Source of the DNA: an uncultured virus (IMG/VR IMGVR_UViG_2821904334_000002)
Taxonomy: Duplodnaviria; Heunggongvirae; Uroviricota; Caudoviricetes
Direction: 5' to 3' (one strand)
Virus record (IMG/VR): IMGVR_UViG_2821904334_000002
DNA: 63,470 nt
The notes under the pieces were generated by a model. The model was not told where the DNA came from. It saw nothing but the letters and a program-made list of their open reading frames with translations, and did not search any database. Positions 48,215-58,597 of the stretch are shown here, piece by piece; within the stretch, counting starts at the first letter, position 1, and every line of letters begins with the position of its first letter. Made by a program: the position numbers and the translations under genes.

Positions 48215-49081
48215 GTGTCTGAGAAAACAGGAAAAGGGAACGAAATATCAAAGTTAAAAGTATCAGCAGAAATGTATGGTGGGGCAATTAATACGATTGC
48301 CCTAAACATATTAAAGACAAGAATGAAAACATCTTCGAACCAAAAGGCTTTAGGGGTAGGTACTTTAGGGTTCGATTTAGACTCTTTAAAGGATGAAGAC
48401 CGCAAGGAACAGAAAATGACAGGTGACTTTACTCACTTTGCTCTAAACAATTCCGATGCTTTCATTCATTTTTGTGAGTCTACACTAGCAAGTAAATTCC
48501 AACCTGAGGATTTCACAAAAGACTTCTTATTTGAATTAAGAAGATTTTTCATTATGTATGGAACGAATTTTACAAATTACATCATCAGTTTCTACTTAGA
48601 AAACCATGATTTGTTCCACGCTATACAAGAAACAAGTAAATTAACTGAGGATTTCAAGTGTAACACTGATTTAATGACAATTAGACAGTCAAATAATGTA
48701 ACAGTCTATAAGGGTGAACTGAAAGGTGAAGTCAAGAAGGGGTATATTGCCTTTTCCATTGATTTAACAAAAGATGTAGACACCATACTGGATTATATGT
48801 TAAATAAACCTCTAAAGGAAAACCTATTCAAAGTACATATGTCTAGGTTGGACTACTTTAGAGACTTAGGAAATAATTTCTTTGCTTTCAATAACTTCTA
48901 TGAACATATTAAGATACAGTTTATAGAGAATATCTTAAATCAAACGAATGCATTACTAGTAGAAGTTGTACATGATAAAGTATATTTCTTAGCTAAGACT
49001 GATGCAGTTCCAGTATTAAACTTTAAAATATACGGTATACCATTTGAACAAACATTTAAAATTGAGTTAGTAGGTGAGTAG
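48215..49081 (+). CDS. Hypothetical protein
   Basis: 288-aa ORF; LLVEVVHDKVYF faintly resembles PolA motif C. Confidence 0.65.
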   Translation: MSEKTGKGNEISKLKVSAEMYGGAINTIALNILKTRMKTSSNQKALGVGTLGFDLDSLKDEDRKEQKMTGDFTHFALNNSDAFIHFCESTLASKFQPEDFTKDFLFELRRFFIMYGTNFTNYIISFYLENHDLFHAIQETSKLTEDFKCNTDLMTIRQSNNVTVYKGELKGEVKKGYIAFSIDLTKDVDTILDYMLNKPLKENLFKVHMSRLDYFRDLGNNFFAFNNFYEHIKIQFIENILNQTNALLVEVVHDKVYFLAKTDAVPVLNFKIYGIPFEQTFKIELVGE

Positions 49082-49083
49082 TT

Positions 49084-49506
49084 TTGATTAACCTAAGTAT
49101 TAGTGTAAACAAGGGGTATGAAGCCATTGTTATTTTAAAGGATGGTCGTATCCTATTCAAAGAAGTAAAGCATGAGAATAAAACAGTAAAGAAACATTAT
49201 ACTGAGAAGTATCTAGACTTATTTAGAAAGTCTTTACAGTTGCTAAAAACAGTAACAGAGCAAGAGAATGTAGACTATGAAAACCGTTGTATTATGGAAA
49301 TGAAGTGTGAACACGTAGTAAAATGGTTCAACGAGTTAGAAGCACCTAAGAATCATTCAGAAAAATTCTTAGAGACTTTGAAAGTATTCGATGAGTTACC
49401 GTTCAGATATAGTATTATTAATTCTTCTAATCCAACCGCTATGTATTACGCAAACGAGAAACACGTTGAAAAAGAAGTATTAATGGGTGTAGCTGATTTA
49501 TTCTAA
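49084..49506 (+). CDS. Hypothetical protein, possible RNase H-like fold
   Basis: beta-beta-beta-alpha-beta-alpha pattern; acidic catalytic set not evident. Confidence 0.5.
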   Translation: MINLSISVNKGYEAIVILKDGRILFKEVKHENKTVKKHYTEKYLDLFRKSLQLLKTVTEQENVDYENRCIMEMKCEHVVKWFNELEAPKNHSEKFLETLKVFDELPFRYSIINSSNPTAMYYANEKHVEKEVLMGVADLF

Positions 49507-49528
49507 ACAAACTAAGGGGTGTTAAAAG

Positions 49529-49897
49529 ATGTCAACTGTCATTTCAAAACATAAAGCAAAAGCAATAGCTGAAATATCGGTAGCCGTTGGTATTTTAGAA
49601 ATTATGCCAAGAAGCAATAATAAAGTAGTTAACTTAAAAGTAGAAGAAGCAAAACAAGAGTTAGAAGAAGTTAAGAACTCTCTATTCAATGATGAAAAAC
49701 CTTTAGATATGTATGTTAATTTAGAAGTACAAGCTATTATCAGTTTAAATACAGTTAAAACATCCCTTAATAACTACTTTGGTAAGCCTTTTAACGGAAG
49801 TGAAGAACAAGTAAAAAGGTATGAAGAGTTGAAACCACGTATTGAAAAGATATTTATGAGTATAGATGGTGCTATCAACCACTTATCGGCTGAGTAA
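49529..49897 (+). CDS. Hypothetical helical protein
   Basis: ORF with SD. Confidence 0.7.
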   Translation: MSTVISKHKAKAIAEISVAVGILEIMPRSNNKVVNLKVEEAKQELEEVKNSLFNDEKPLDMYVNLEVQAIISLNTVKTSLNNYFGKPFNGSEEQVKRYEELKPRIEKIFMSIDGAINHLSAE

Positions 49898-49908
49898 GGG
49901 GTAGGGTT

Positions 49909-50241
49909 ATGAAAAGAGACCTATTAAAGCAAAATTATAGTTCTATTTTAGATAAAATGAACTTGGCTTTTCTTGCTACAGATGACGATTTAATGCAAGA
50001 CCGTATATCAGAAGCTATGTTTGATTTTGAGTTTGTAGGTAAGTTGCTAACAGGGGTAGAACCTCATATAGATACAACCTGTACAGTCGAAGAAAGAATA
50101 ACTTCTATCCTTACAAGTTGTATCAGTAACATAGAAGACGCCCTACGTCACATGAATGATGTAGGATGGCGTTACAGTAAGACGGTAGAAGAACAAGGAA
50201 ACATTGTAGTCGATATGTTAAAGGAAATTATAAAGGGTTAA
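49909..50241 (+). CDS. Hypothetical helical protein
   Basis: ORF with SD. Confidence 0.7.
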   Translation: MKRDLLKQNYSSILDKMNLAFLATDDDLMQDRISEAMFDFEFVGKLLTGVEPHIDTTCTVEERITSILTSCISNIEDALRHMNDVGWRYSKTVEEQGNIVVDMLKEIIKG

Positions 50242-50262
50242 ATCAAGAGAGGGGTATAAACG

Positions 50263-50943
50263 GTGAATAAGCAAGAAATAACAGAAGAGTTACATGTTGT
50301 AGAGGAAGACTTAATTAAGGTAAAACTAGGCTTAAATAAGGTAGACAAATATGTAGAAAAATTAGAAGATATTCAAGAGGAATTAGGACATCTTGTAGAA
50401 TACTTAAACTGTAGACTTCCAAAAGGAACCCTGTGGGCAGTATCCGAAACAGAAGCAGATTATCAAGAGTTGTTTACGTTATCAATTATTACAATAGATA
50501 GAACGCTTCAAGACTTTTTAGATAGTTTAGTTGAAAATTTTGAAGGTAAAGAAGATATAAAAGAACTACTAGTGAAAACTACAATTGGCATAAGAAAGAT
50601 TATGTACAAGCATTCAGACTTAAAACCAGTTAACTACGCCTTAACAAATGCAAGTAAATGCTTAAAACTGTCCTCTTCAGATATAGAAGAAGATAAAGTA
50701 CAAACCTATAAGAAAGAATTTACAGACTTAGTATCTTTAGCACGTAGAGAGAATCAAAACTATGACAATACACAATATAAAAATGTAGAAGAAGAGATAC
50801 TTTCAAGAACTGACTACTTGTCTTTTGATATGAAACATTATTTATTGTCTAAAGTAGAAGGAGAAGACAAAGAAAAACTTGATTGGAGTTTAAGTCTTAT
50901 GAGAGAAGTTTCTCTATTCTTACATGCAGTATTATCTAAATAA
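50263..50943 (+). CDS. Hypothetical helical protein
   Basis: ORF followed by terminator AGGTAACTA...TAGTTACCT. Confidence 0.7.
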   Translation: MNKQEITEELHVVEEDLIKVKLGLNKVDKYVEKLEDIQEELGHLVEYLNCRLPKGTLWAVSETEADYQELFTLSIITIDRTLQDFLDSLVENFEGKEDIKELLVKTTIGIRKIMYKHSDLKPVNYALTNASKCLKLSSSDIEEDKVQTYKKEFTDLVSLARRENQNYDNTQYKNVEEEILSRTDYLSFDMKHYLLSKVEGEDKEKLDWSLSLMREVSLFLHAVLSK

Positions 50944-51077
50944 GTCTTAAACTTAGGTAACTATCCAAACAGTAGTTACCTTTCAATAGGTTTAAAAAGT
51001 AAGAGCATAAAACGATAGGGAATAGTAGGAAGAACAGGAAAACTTAGGCAATCTATTAAACTAAAGAAGGTGTAAAA

Positions 51078-51662
51078 ATGACAGACGGTTTTGATTTTAA
51101 AGAGTTTGCTAGGGAACATGCACAATTAACACATGAGGTTCACATGGGAGACTACATTATCATCCATGTACAACGAGAAGAAGTAGAAGGTGCTATTTAC
51201 AGTCGTATCATGAAACACATCCGTAATATAGATAAACGTGAGAGTAGAGGATATGCTTCTCTAATCATTACATTTAATGGCTATGATGATATTCCAGACT
51301 CCGTATTTGAAATTATGGACATTCGTAAATACGTTCAAGGCTTATTTAGTCGAGTTCCACACCTACTATTTTACATGGCAAACATGCCTGAGGTAAGAGA
51401 AAATATGTTACTGTGTATTTGTGATTTTCAGAAGTTAGGTGCAAACCACGGATTATCTTATGAAGAACTATTAGAAATGACATTAGAAGACCCTGATAGT
51501 ATCCCTAAAGAGCAAATTGTGATTAGCATATCTGACTCAAAGAGAAGAAACTTAGCGGAAACACTACGTAAATATGGTAATAAAGTAAAGAAACAGGATG
51601 AAGCACAAGAGGTTATTCAGTGGCTAAACAATACATTTAGTACAGATAATCGAATCCAGTAA
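51078..51662 (+). CDS. CRR6/DUF1817-like protein
   Basis: F.GYDD.P..V.EI..IR.YV..L...P..L.Y pattern. Confidence 0.45.
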   Translation: MTDGFDFKEFAREHAQLTHEVHMGDYIIIHVQREEVEGAIYSRIMKHIRNIDKRESRGYASLIITFNGYDDIPDSVFEIMDIRKYVQGLFSRVPHLLFYMANMPEVRENMLLCICDFQKLGANHGLSYEELLEMTLEDPDSIPKEQIVISISDSKRRNLAETLRKYGNKVKKQDEAQEVIQWLNNTFSTDNRIQ

Positions 51663-51844
51663 GAAAGAAGTAAGGCTTGTTTTAGACGTAGTTATAAGGA
51701 GTAAGAATGCAAATTGAATAGGGGTAGGATAGTGTAAGACTTTATTATTTTCTTTCTAACTTAGGGTAAAGTGATTACACATTGGTACTCCTTTTCAGTT
51801 CGTATTTAATTCCAATAAAATTACAATGAAACGAGGGTAAAACA

Positions 51845-52168
51845 ATGCAAGATGTCATTCAATTTAACAGAGACAAGTTTGAAGAGTTACGAAAAGTGAT
51901 TTCTAGTTGTAGTTATGAGGGTGGAATCTTAGGTTATTTATTATCAGAAATGGGTTTGCATAATCGAGTAATAACAAGTATTGAAGCAATAACAGACGAA
52001 TTAGAAGCCCCAGCGAAACAAATAAGAGAAGGTTTAGCAATGCTTTGTGAAAGGGGTATTGTTTCAATTGAGGGTATAAACCCGAAGAGTCTTGTATTTA
52101 TAGTGAATAAAGATTATGCAGTAAGGGTGTATCAAACAAAACGAATGAAACAAATGATAAAACAGTAG
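51845..52168 (+). CDS. Winged-HTH protein (RepL-like)
   Basis: IT.EL......I..GL..L.E.GIV followed by F.VN..YA wing. Confidence 0.5.
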   Translation: MQDVIQFNRDKFEELRKVISSCSYEGGILGYLLSEMGLHNRVITSIEAITDELEAPAKQIREGLAMLCERGIVSIEGINPKSLVFIVNKDYAVRVYQTKRMKQMIKQ

Positions 52169-52316
52169 TTTCATAGTCTATCAGAAAGTATTAGGTAAGA
52201 AGTCTTTTATATAGGCAAATAAAGGGCTTTTTGAAAGAAACAAGTGTAGTAGAGTTAAAGAACGAAAATAGAAACTAGAGTATAAAGAGTTGGTAATATA
52301 GAGAGGTGTGTAAGTT

Positions 52317-55300
52317 TTGTTAAAAGGACATATTAAATATGATGGGATGCACTACAATGTGTATGGGTTAGACACAAGTGGTAGTATCAATTTGACATTA
52401 TGTAATCCAATAACTACTTCAATGCAATATCTAGACCCTGATAATGAGCAGTTAGCTTATACAGAAAAACGTATTCAAATTAAAGGAACTACAATGGCGG
52501 TGGAGTCAGAACGTGCGCCTGATGGTAAACGGTATACGCCAAACATGGATTTCTTTGGTCGTCTAGGGGTATTAATGCGTTACATCAAAAACAATTGTAG
52601 AAATATTAACAATACATTAAAACTAGTAGGTAATGCATTTGACCCAAGGGTTACAACACAACATGAGGTGCAAGTAGGAGACTACTTTGCATGGGTGGAG
52701 TTAAGTTATAGTAATATCACAAAGTTCTCTTTTGAGGGGTACGGTTTTGATATTAAACTGTATGAGCAAGAATCGGTAGGCTATACAGAAGCATATAGAA
52801 CTACAAAAGAGAATGTAACAGCTAAGTTTAAGAAAGATGATTTAGTTGATTTCTTCGGTATCGTAGAGCGTAAGAAAAAGATACTAGACTTCGGTAACAT
52901 CAATGATATGGATTCTCCATTCTATCAAACGATTGAAGAGATTATGGAAGCCAATCCTGATAGGGACTTTAGTTGGTTACTAGATAGAAATTACATCATG
53001 GTAACAGATGAGACATTACAAGAAACGATTGAGTATTTAAATACATTTAAAGTACTAGCAGTCGATACCGAGACAACAGGATTAGACATCACATTCAAGT
53101 CTAGAACAGGTGAGCATGACGAATGTGTAGGTATGATTATAACAGGTAAAGAGGGAGAAAGTTTTTACTTCCCATTCAAACATACACAGTTTGATAACTT
53201 ATGTGGTGGCGATGATTGGTACTTCATGGAAACATACATGAAACCGTTATTAGAGAAGAAAGACATCATTGTCCACAACGCATCGTTCGACTGGAAAGTA
53301 ATTTATATTTACGGTATCGTGTTAAACGTAGTAATAGATACATTTGCGGTATTCTCATTAACACTAAATGCAAAATACCAAACACCAGTTGGTTTGAAGC
53401 ACTTAATTTCATTATTGCTTAAACGTGATTCACTAGAATTGGATGATTTGTGTAAGAATGGTGATTTTGGTTCAATTGACCAAAACTTCGCAGATTTACC
53501 AAAAGAACTTGTACGCCTATATGCTTGTGCCGATGCTGATAATACGTTAGCATTATATCATTATATGTTAGAAACAAACATGCTAGAAAACTGGGGTGCT
53601 ACAAAGGTAGTACAATTCGAGTCTATCTTCGCATGTGCGATAGGGTATAGTGAGTTTCACGGTCAGTTCGTTAATGTAAATGAAACAGACCAATTAGTAC
53701 AAGATATTGACCGAGATTTACAAGAAGCAGAACGTAAAATGCGTAATGAGTTACGTAAAGTAAACTATGATGCAGATAATTTCAACCCACAATCAAACGT
53801 GGAGAAACTGAAAATCATATATGAAGTATTTGGTGCGCCTGAGCAGTACAAGTTAGATGGTAAGCTAACAGCGGATAAAAAGGCATTAAAGAATTTGTCT
53901 AAGATGACAAACCCTGATGATACACCTAAGTATCCATTCGTTAACTACTATCAAGAGTTCAATGAAGTAAATACATTACGTAAAAACTTCTCTAAGAACT
54001 TACCTGAGTTCTGTACGCCTGATGGTTTCATGTTTAGTGGGGTAAAACAGTTCTTAAAAACAGGTCGTGTATCAATTTCGAAACCAAACTACCAGTCGTA
54101 CAATGATACCGTTAAAAAGTACATTAAGCCAAGACCTGGTTTTTGGATGGGAGACATGGATTACTCTAGTATTGAGTATCGAGTAATCGCTTCAATGAGT
54201 AAGCAGTTATCATTAATTGAAGCCTTCCAAGACCCGAATACAGATTATCATAAACTACAAGCATCAAACATGTATCAGATACCATATGAACTTGTATCAA
54301 AAGCCATGCGTGGTGAAGCGAAAGCCTTTAACTTCGGTATTCCGTTTGGTATGGGTAATGAGAAACTGGGTATGACAATATTCGGTAAGGTATCAAAAGA
54401 GAATACAAGGAAAGCAACGGCTTTACGTGAGAGATACTTCAAAGGTCAAGATAATGTTCGTGAGTTCTTCGTAAACGCCCAACGTGATGCAGTTAAATAC
54501 GGTTATACAGAAACACACTTTGGTCGTAGACGTTACTACAATAAAGAAACTACATCAGTTGGTTCTATCAAACGTCAAGGTGGTAACCAACGTATCCAAG
54601 GTACAGCGGCAGACATCTATAAGCAAGCAGTTGTACGTTTATTCTTACGAATCATCAATGAAGGTTGGTTAGACAAAGTATTACTTCCGGGCTTCATTCA
54701 TGATGAACTGTTAATGGAAGTATCAATGGAGATTCACCCGTTAGACTGGATGAAAGTACTAAAAGAAGAAATGGAATTAAAAGTAGACGGTTTCTGTCCT
54801 CTATATATCGGATTTGGGGTAGGTCGTTCATGGTACGAAGCGAAAGCAGTTGAGATTCCTACAGAACTTCAAGGAGAAATCCAAGGTAAAACAAGTGAGT
54901 TTGACTGGAACGGTAACTTAGATGAGTTTTGTGAATGGGTTCCAAACCGTATTAACCAATTCGAACTAGAGTATGCAGATAAATACTTAAATAATAAAGA
55001 AAATAATGGTCAAGTTATTTCAGCAGTAACTTACGATTACATTAACTCACAAGTCAATCGAGTACAAGACGAGTTAATGAAAGGCTACTTCTCGAAATTA
55101 GAAGCAGGTAGCAGATATGACTTTGATGTAAACGTATTATCTATCATTAAGCATCGTGCAGATAAACTTGTACCACCATCTAAAACACATGAGATTACAC
55201 TAGATGAAAAAGTAACAGCATATTGTAAGAAGTTGAAAGTAGACAAACAGTGGACTGTAAATGAAGTACCAAAAGATATGGTATTAGGAAACTTTGAAGA

Positions 55301-55715
55301 TTTACAAACACTACTTAATTTCTATTGCCAATACAGGGGTATTGATAGAACGACTGTACAGTTGCTATCACCACACGATGTTGATGTAGAGAAAGAACAA
55401 GCAAAATCAGCAGTAAACGAGCATGAGGGTGAGTATTACTACAATGCGAGGGAAGATGCTGAAAGCAATAAACAACTCTTATTAACAAAAATAAACGAGT
55501 ATGGTTGTTTCTTAAACGTAGAAGAGAAGAAAGCATACTTCAAGTTTGTACCAAGCATTATGCAAATTATTAAACCAAAAGTTAATCAAGATAAAACAGG
55601 ATATCAAGTCGTATTCATTGATATAGAAAAAGACAAAGAAATCCTTACAAACGCACATATCACAAGTGCGAATTTAAATGCAGTACAACGAGAGGTTATG
55701 TTTGCGGTAGCGTAA
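52317..55715 (+). CDS. polA: Family A DNA polymerase with 3'-5' exonuclease and N- and C-terminal extensions
   Basis: ExoI DTETTGL, ExoII HNASFD, ExoIII YACADA; motif A DYSSIEYR, motif B R..AK..NFG..FG, motif C IHDEL. Confidence 0.92.
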   Translation: MLKGHIKYDGMHYNVYGLDTSGSINLTLCNPITTSMQYLDPDNEQLAYTEKRIQIKGTTMAVESERAPDGKRYTPNMDFFGRLGVLMRYIKNNCRNINNTLKLVGNAFDPRVTTQHEVQVGDYFAWVELSYSNITKFSFEGYGFDIKLYEQESVGYTEAYRTTKENVTAKFKKDDLVDFFGIVERKKKILDFGNINDMDSPFYQTIEEIMEANPDRDFSWLLDRNYIMVTDETLQETIEYLNTFKVLAVDTETTGLDITFKSRTGEHDECVGMIITGKEGESFYFPFKHTQFDNLCGGDDWYFMETYMKPLLEKKDIIVHNASFDWKVIYIYGIVLNVVIDTFAVFSLTLNAKYQTPVGLKHLISLLLKRDSLELDDLCKNGDFGSIDQNFADLPKELVRLYACADADNTLALYHYMLETNMLENWGATKVVQFESIFACAIGYSEFHGQFVNVNETDQLVQDIDRDLQEAERKMRNELRKVNYDADNFNPQSNVEKLKIIYEVFGAPEQYKLDGKLTADKKALKNLSKMTNPDDTPKYPFVNYYQEFNEVNTLRKNFSKNLPEFCTPDGFMFSGVKQFLKTGRVSISKPNYQSYNDTVKKYIKPRPGFWMGDMDYSSIEYRVIASMSKQLSLIEAFQDPNTDYHKLQASNMYQIPYELVSKAMRGEAKAFNFGIPFGMGNEKLGMTIFGKVSKENTRKATALRERYFKGQDNVREFFVNAQRDAVKYGYTETHFGRRRYYNKETTSVGSIKRQGGNQRIQGTAADIYKQAVVRLFLRIINEGWLDKVLLPGFIHDELLMEVSMEIHPLDWMKVLKEEMELKVDGFCPLYIGFGVGRSWYEAKAVEIPTELQGEIQGKTSEFDWNGNLDEFCEWVPNRINQFELEYADKYLNNKENNGQVISAVTYDYINSQVNRVQDELMKGYFSKLEAGSRYDFDVNVLSIIKHRADKLVPPSKTHEITLDEKVTAYCKKLKVDKQWTVNEVPKDMVLGNFEDLQTLLNFYCQYRGIDRTTVQLLSPHDVDVEKEQAKSAVNEHEGEYYYNAREDAESNKQLLLTKINEYGCFLNVEEKKAYFKFVPSIMQIIKPKVNQDKTGYQVVFIDIEKDKEILTNAHITSANLNAVQREVMFAVA

Positions 55716-55762
55716 ACAAACCTCTAGTAACCGTAATCAAGTAGAAAGAAGGGGTAGTAATT

Positions 55763-56143
55763 ATGCAAGTTTACGAGGAAGAGGTAAGACATAAAGAAGT
55801 AGCAGGTATTACAGATAAGATTACACGAAACGTAGTAACAGGTATTCAGTATCCTGTTGTAAATATATTATTAACGGACAATATGCCGAAACATAAAATG
55901 ACAGCATTAGTAAGTCTTTTAAAAGCAGAGGTAACAAAGTCAGATGATAGTGAAGACCAGTTAAACAAAGCGGTTTATATCTCATTAAAGAAGGGTGACG
56001 ATATTCGAAAACCGATTGGTCGTATCTTACCAAAACAAGTAAAAACGATGATGTCCATCCTCACAGGGGTAGACTTAGAATTAGAAATGTCACAAGGCGA
56101 AATCATGGATAGCAAGTACATCTATGCATTAAGTTCTTATTAA
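55763..56143 (+). CDS. Hypothetical protein
   Basis: ORF with SD; followed by a terminator. Confidence 0.7.
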   Translation: MQVYEEEVRHKEVAGITDKITRNVVTGIQYPVVNILLTDNMPKHKMTALVSLLKAEVTKSDDSEDQLNKAVYISLKKGDDIRKPIGRILPKQVKTMMSILTGVDLELEMSQGEIMDSKYIYALSSY

Positions 56144-56159
56144 GAATAAAGGGTAACGA

Positions 56160-56198
56160 AAAGGTATGTCATTCAAACTAAGGGTGGCATACCTTTTT
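56160..56198 (+). terminator. Intrinsic terminator
   Basis: AAAGGTATGTCATTC...GGGTGGCATACCTTT-TT. Confidence 0.8.
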
Positions 56199-56421
56199 AT
56201 TATGGAATGAAACAGATTGAGGGAAAGTATAGGTTAAAATTAGTGCAAGTTGTAAGGGATAGGAGGAAACGGAAAGATAATAAAAGTTGAGGTAAGAGGT
56301 GTAGAATCGCTAAAATTACGCTATTTTTAATTGAACTTATGAAAATTTATCTAACTTAGGTTCTATGCCACTGTCTGTACAGACAACCCAACTTGAGCAA
56401 GTTTTGGTCTAAAACACCATC

Positions 56422-56706
56422 TTGAAACTTTACATACACTATAAAGACGTATGGGTATTAGGGGGTGAAGCAAATGAAAAATTTGCAAAAATTGTGAAAT
56501 ACGAACGTATTGAAATTCCGTACATGCAAAATAGGTTCATCGTAAACGTAGTTTATGAGAATCACAGTACAGTAGAAGAGGGTCATCCCATCATGACATA
56601 CAGTAGACTGAAAACCCTATTAGAGTCAGGTAATGAAACGTATTTAACATTGTTAAACAGAATATCTGAATTAGAATTAGAGTTACAAAAGTGTAAAAGA
56701 AATTAA
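56422..56706 (+). CDS. Hypothetical protein (start uncertain)
   Basis: 94-aa ORF, poor start context. Confidence 0.4.
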   Translation: MKLYIHYKDVWVLGGEANEKFAKIVKYERIEIPYMQNRFIVNVVYENHSTVEEGHPIMTYSRLKTLLESGNETYLTLLNRISELELELQKCKRN

Positions 56707-56723
56707 ACTAATACGAAACATAC

Positions 56724-56752
56724 TTGACAAATGGATAAACCTATGGTATAAT
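56724..56752 (+). promoter_or_regulatory. sigma-A promoter
   Basis: TTGACA-17-TATAAT with TG extension. Confidence 0.85.
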
Positions 56753-56897
56753 AGTATTAGATTTAAAATAAGTAAGAAAATAGCGGTTAGAATAAAATAC
56801 ATGTGTATAGGGTTTATTAGGGAAGGCATTCATATATTATATAAACATGCAATACCTTATACACAAACCGCCTTATAGGAAAAGGAGATTATTAAAC

Positions 56898-57983
56898 ATG
56901 AAAAAGAAAATCGTTGCAACAGCACTAACGGCATCATTGGTAGTACCAACTCTAACTACAGGGTTAACAGTGGCATCAGCAGAAACAGGAGATACTACGC
57001 CTAAACAATCACAAACTTCTACTGACACAAAAACTTCAACTGATTCTACAAAATCAAACGGTAGTGACAAAATTCAAAAAGATGATGTAGTACATGAAAC
57101 TTGGTCTGAACCAGTCTTTGTCAAAGGGGTATCATTAAAAGAAGCTGAATTAGGTTCAGTTAAGAAAGACCTTGCAGTAAAAGATAACTTTAAAACACTT
57201 ACTATGGATGGTAAGAAAATGGTTGAACTTCTAGGTGAAGGTGACCCATCTTCAAATATTTTTTCTTCTGTAGTGGTTCAAAAGACTGATAAAGGTGATG
57301 GAGTTAAGGTAGACATCAAAACACCTAAAAACATTACTCGTATTACACAAGACCAATATCGTAATGCCGCACTAACAGCTGGGTTAACTGATGTAAACAT
57401 CGAAGTAGCTTCTTCTGTTAAAGCAACTGGTGAAGGTGCGCTTGCAGGGGTATACTATGCATTTAAAGAAAACGGTGTTGAACTTGACCAAAAAGATATG
57501 AAACTAGCACAAGATGAAGTTTCTATGTTAGGTAAAATCAATGAACAAAATAAAGATAAGAAAGACTTCTCTGACCAACAATTAAACGTTGCCATTGCAG
57601 ATATGAAACAAGACATCGCTAAGTTAGATGAAGCACAAAAGAAACAGTTAACAAAAGCAGATGTTGAAAAGATTGTAGACGAGAAGTTAAAAGCTCTTGA
57701 ACTTGAAAAAGCGGTATCTGATAAGCAAAAAGATACAATCGTAAACTTCATGTTCAACTTTAAAGATTCAAACATTGCAAACAGTGATGAATTTGTTAAA
57801 CAGATTGGTACATACAAAGATAGTATCGTAAGTGGTTCTAAAGAACTGTTTGGTAAATTAAAAGACTTTAAAGATAGCGAAGCAGGTCAAAACTTCCTTC
57901 AATCTACTTGGCAGTTCATTAAAGACATCGGTTCAGCAATCGGAAACTTCTTCTCTAGCTTATTTGGAAGTTCTGAGAAGTAA
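56898..57983 (+). CDS. Secreted DUF1002 (YpuA-like) protein
   Basis: AAAGGAG SD; signal peptide; TP.NIT.IT..QY.NAALTAG, TGEGALAGVY.A. Confidence 0.8.
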   Translation: MKKKIVATALTASLVVPTLTTGLTVASAETGDTTPKQSQTSTDTKTSTDSTKSNGSDKIQKDDVVHETWSEPVFVKGVSLKEAELGSVKKDLAVKDNFKTLTMDGKKMVELLGEGDPSSNIFSSVVVQKTDKGDGVKVDIKTPKNITRITQDQYRNAALTAGLTDVNIEVASSVKATGEGALAGVYYAFKENGVELDQKDMKLAQDEVSMLGKINEQNKDKKDFSDQQLNVAIADMKQDIAKLDEAQKKQLTKADVEKIVDEKLKALELEKAVSDKQKDTIVNFMFNFKDSNIANSDEFVKQIGTYKDSIVSGSKELFGKLKDFKDSEAGQNFLQSTWQFIKDIGSAIGNFFSSLFGSSEK

Positions 57984-57989
57984 ACATAT

Positions 57990-58018
57990 TTGACAAATAG
58001 ATAAACATATGGTATAAT
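57990..58018 (+). promoter_or_regulatory. sigma-A promoter with a terminator hairpin over its start site
   Basis: TTGACA-17-TATAAT; hairpin 58019-58051 plus T tract. Confidence 0.85.
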
Positions 58019-58091
58019 AGTACTATGAGATAGAGTAAATCTTGTAGTACTTTTTTTATTCATATGAATGAAACATATAGGAGGAACTAGT

Positions 58092-58403
58092 ATGGGAATG
58101 ACAAAAGAAGAGTTAATTCAAGAAATTATGGTTTCATTACCTCATCCAGACCTGTTACGTCTAGTAACTTATGCAGGGGTAGAATTAAAGGATAAAGTAA
58201 TTACATTAAAAAGCAAGCCTGATTTTAGATATACAGAAGACTTTAAAAACCAATGGATAAAATATAATAAACCGTATCAGGAAGAACATAATCCAAAAGA
58301 ACTGATGAGAAAGAATGTTGTATTTACTTCGGATGTATTAAGTAGAAGAGGGAAAGAAGCATTGCATAAACTAGAAGAACTAATGAAGCCTACAGAAAGG
58401 TAA
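58092..58403 (+). CDS. Hypothetical protein
   Basis: GGAGG SD. Confidence 0.7.
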   Translation: MGMTKEELIQEIMVSLPHPDLLRLVTYAGVELKDKVITLKSKPDFRYTEDFKNQWIKYNKPYQEEHNPKELMRKNVVFTSDVLSRRGKEALHKLEELMKPTER

Positions 58404-58411
58404 AGTAAACG

Positions 58412-58597
58412 ATGTCTAATTCTATAATCATAATGGTCGGTATGTACTTTATCATACTAGGGGTAGTTTGCACTTTAGTAAAACCTACAAACAGAAAAGA
58501 TGTAACCGAGGATGAAAGACATAAAATGAAGATAATAAACGTGATAACAGGTATATTTTTTATTCTAGTAGGTAGTAGCTTTATCATATGGCTTTAA
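58412..58597 (+). CDS. Small 2-TM protein
   Basis: Two hydrophobic helices. Confidence 0.65.
   Translation: MSNSIIIMVGMYFIILGVVCTLVKPTNRKDVTEDERHKMKIINVITGIFFILVGSSFIIWL

Noticed and set aside
52317..55715. Intein or intron explaining the long polymerase
   Set aside because: Exonuclease and polymerase motifs are contiguous; the extra length is terminal and lacks intein splice or homing motifs.
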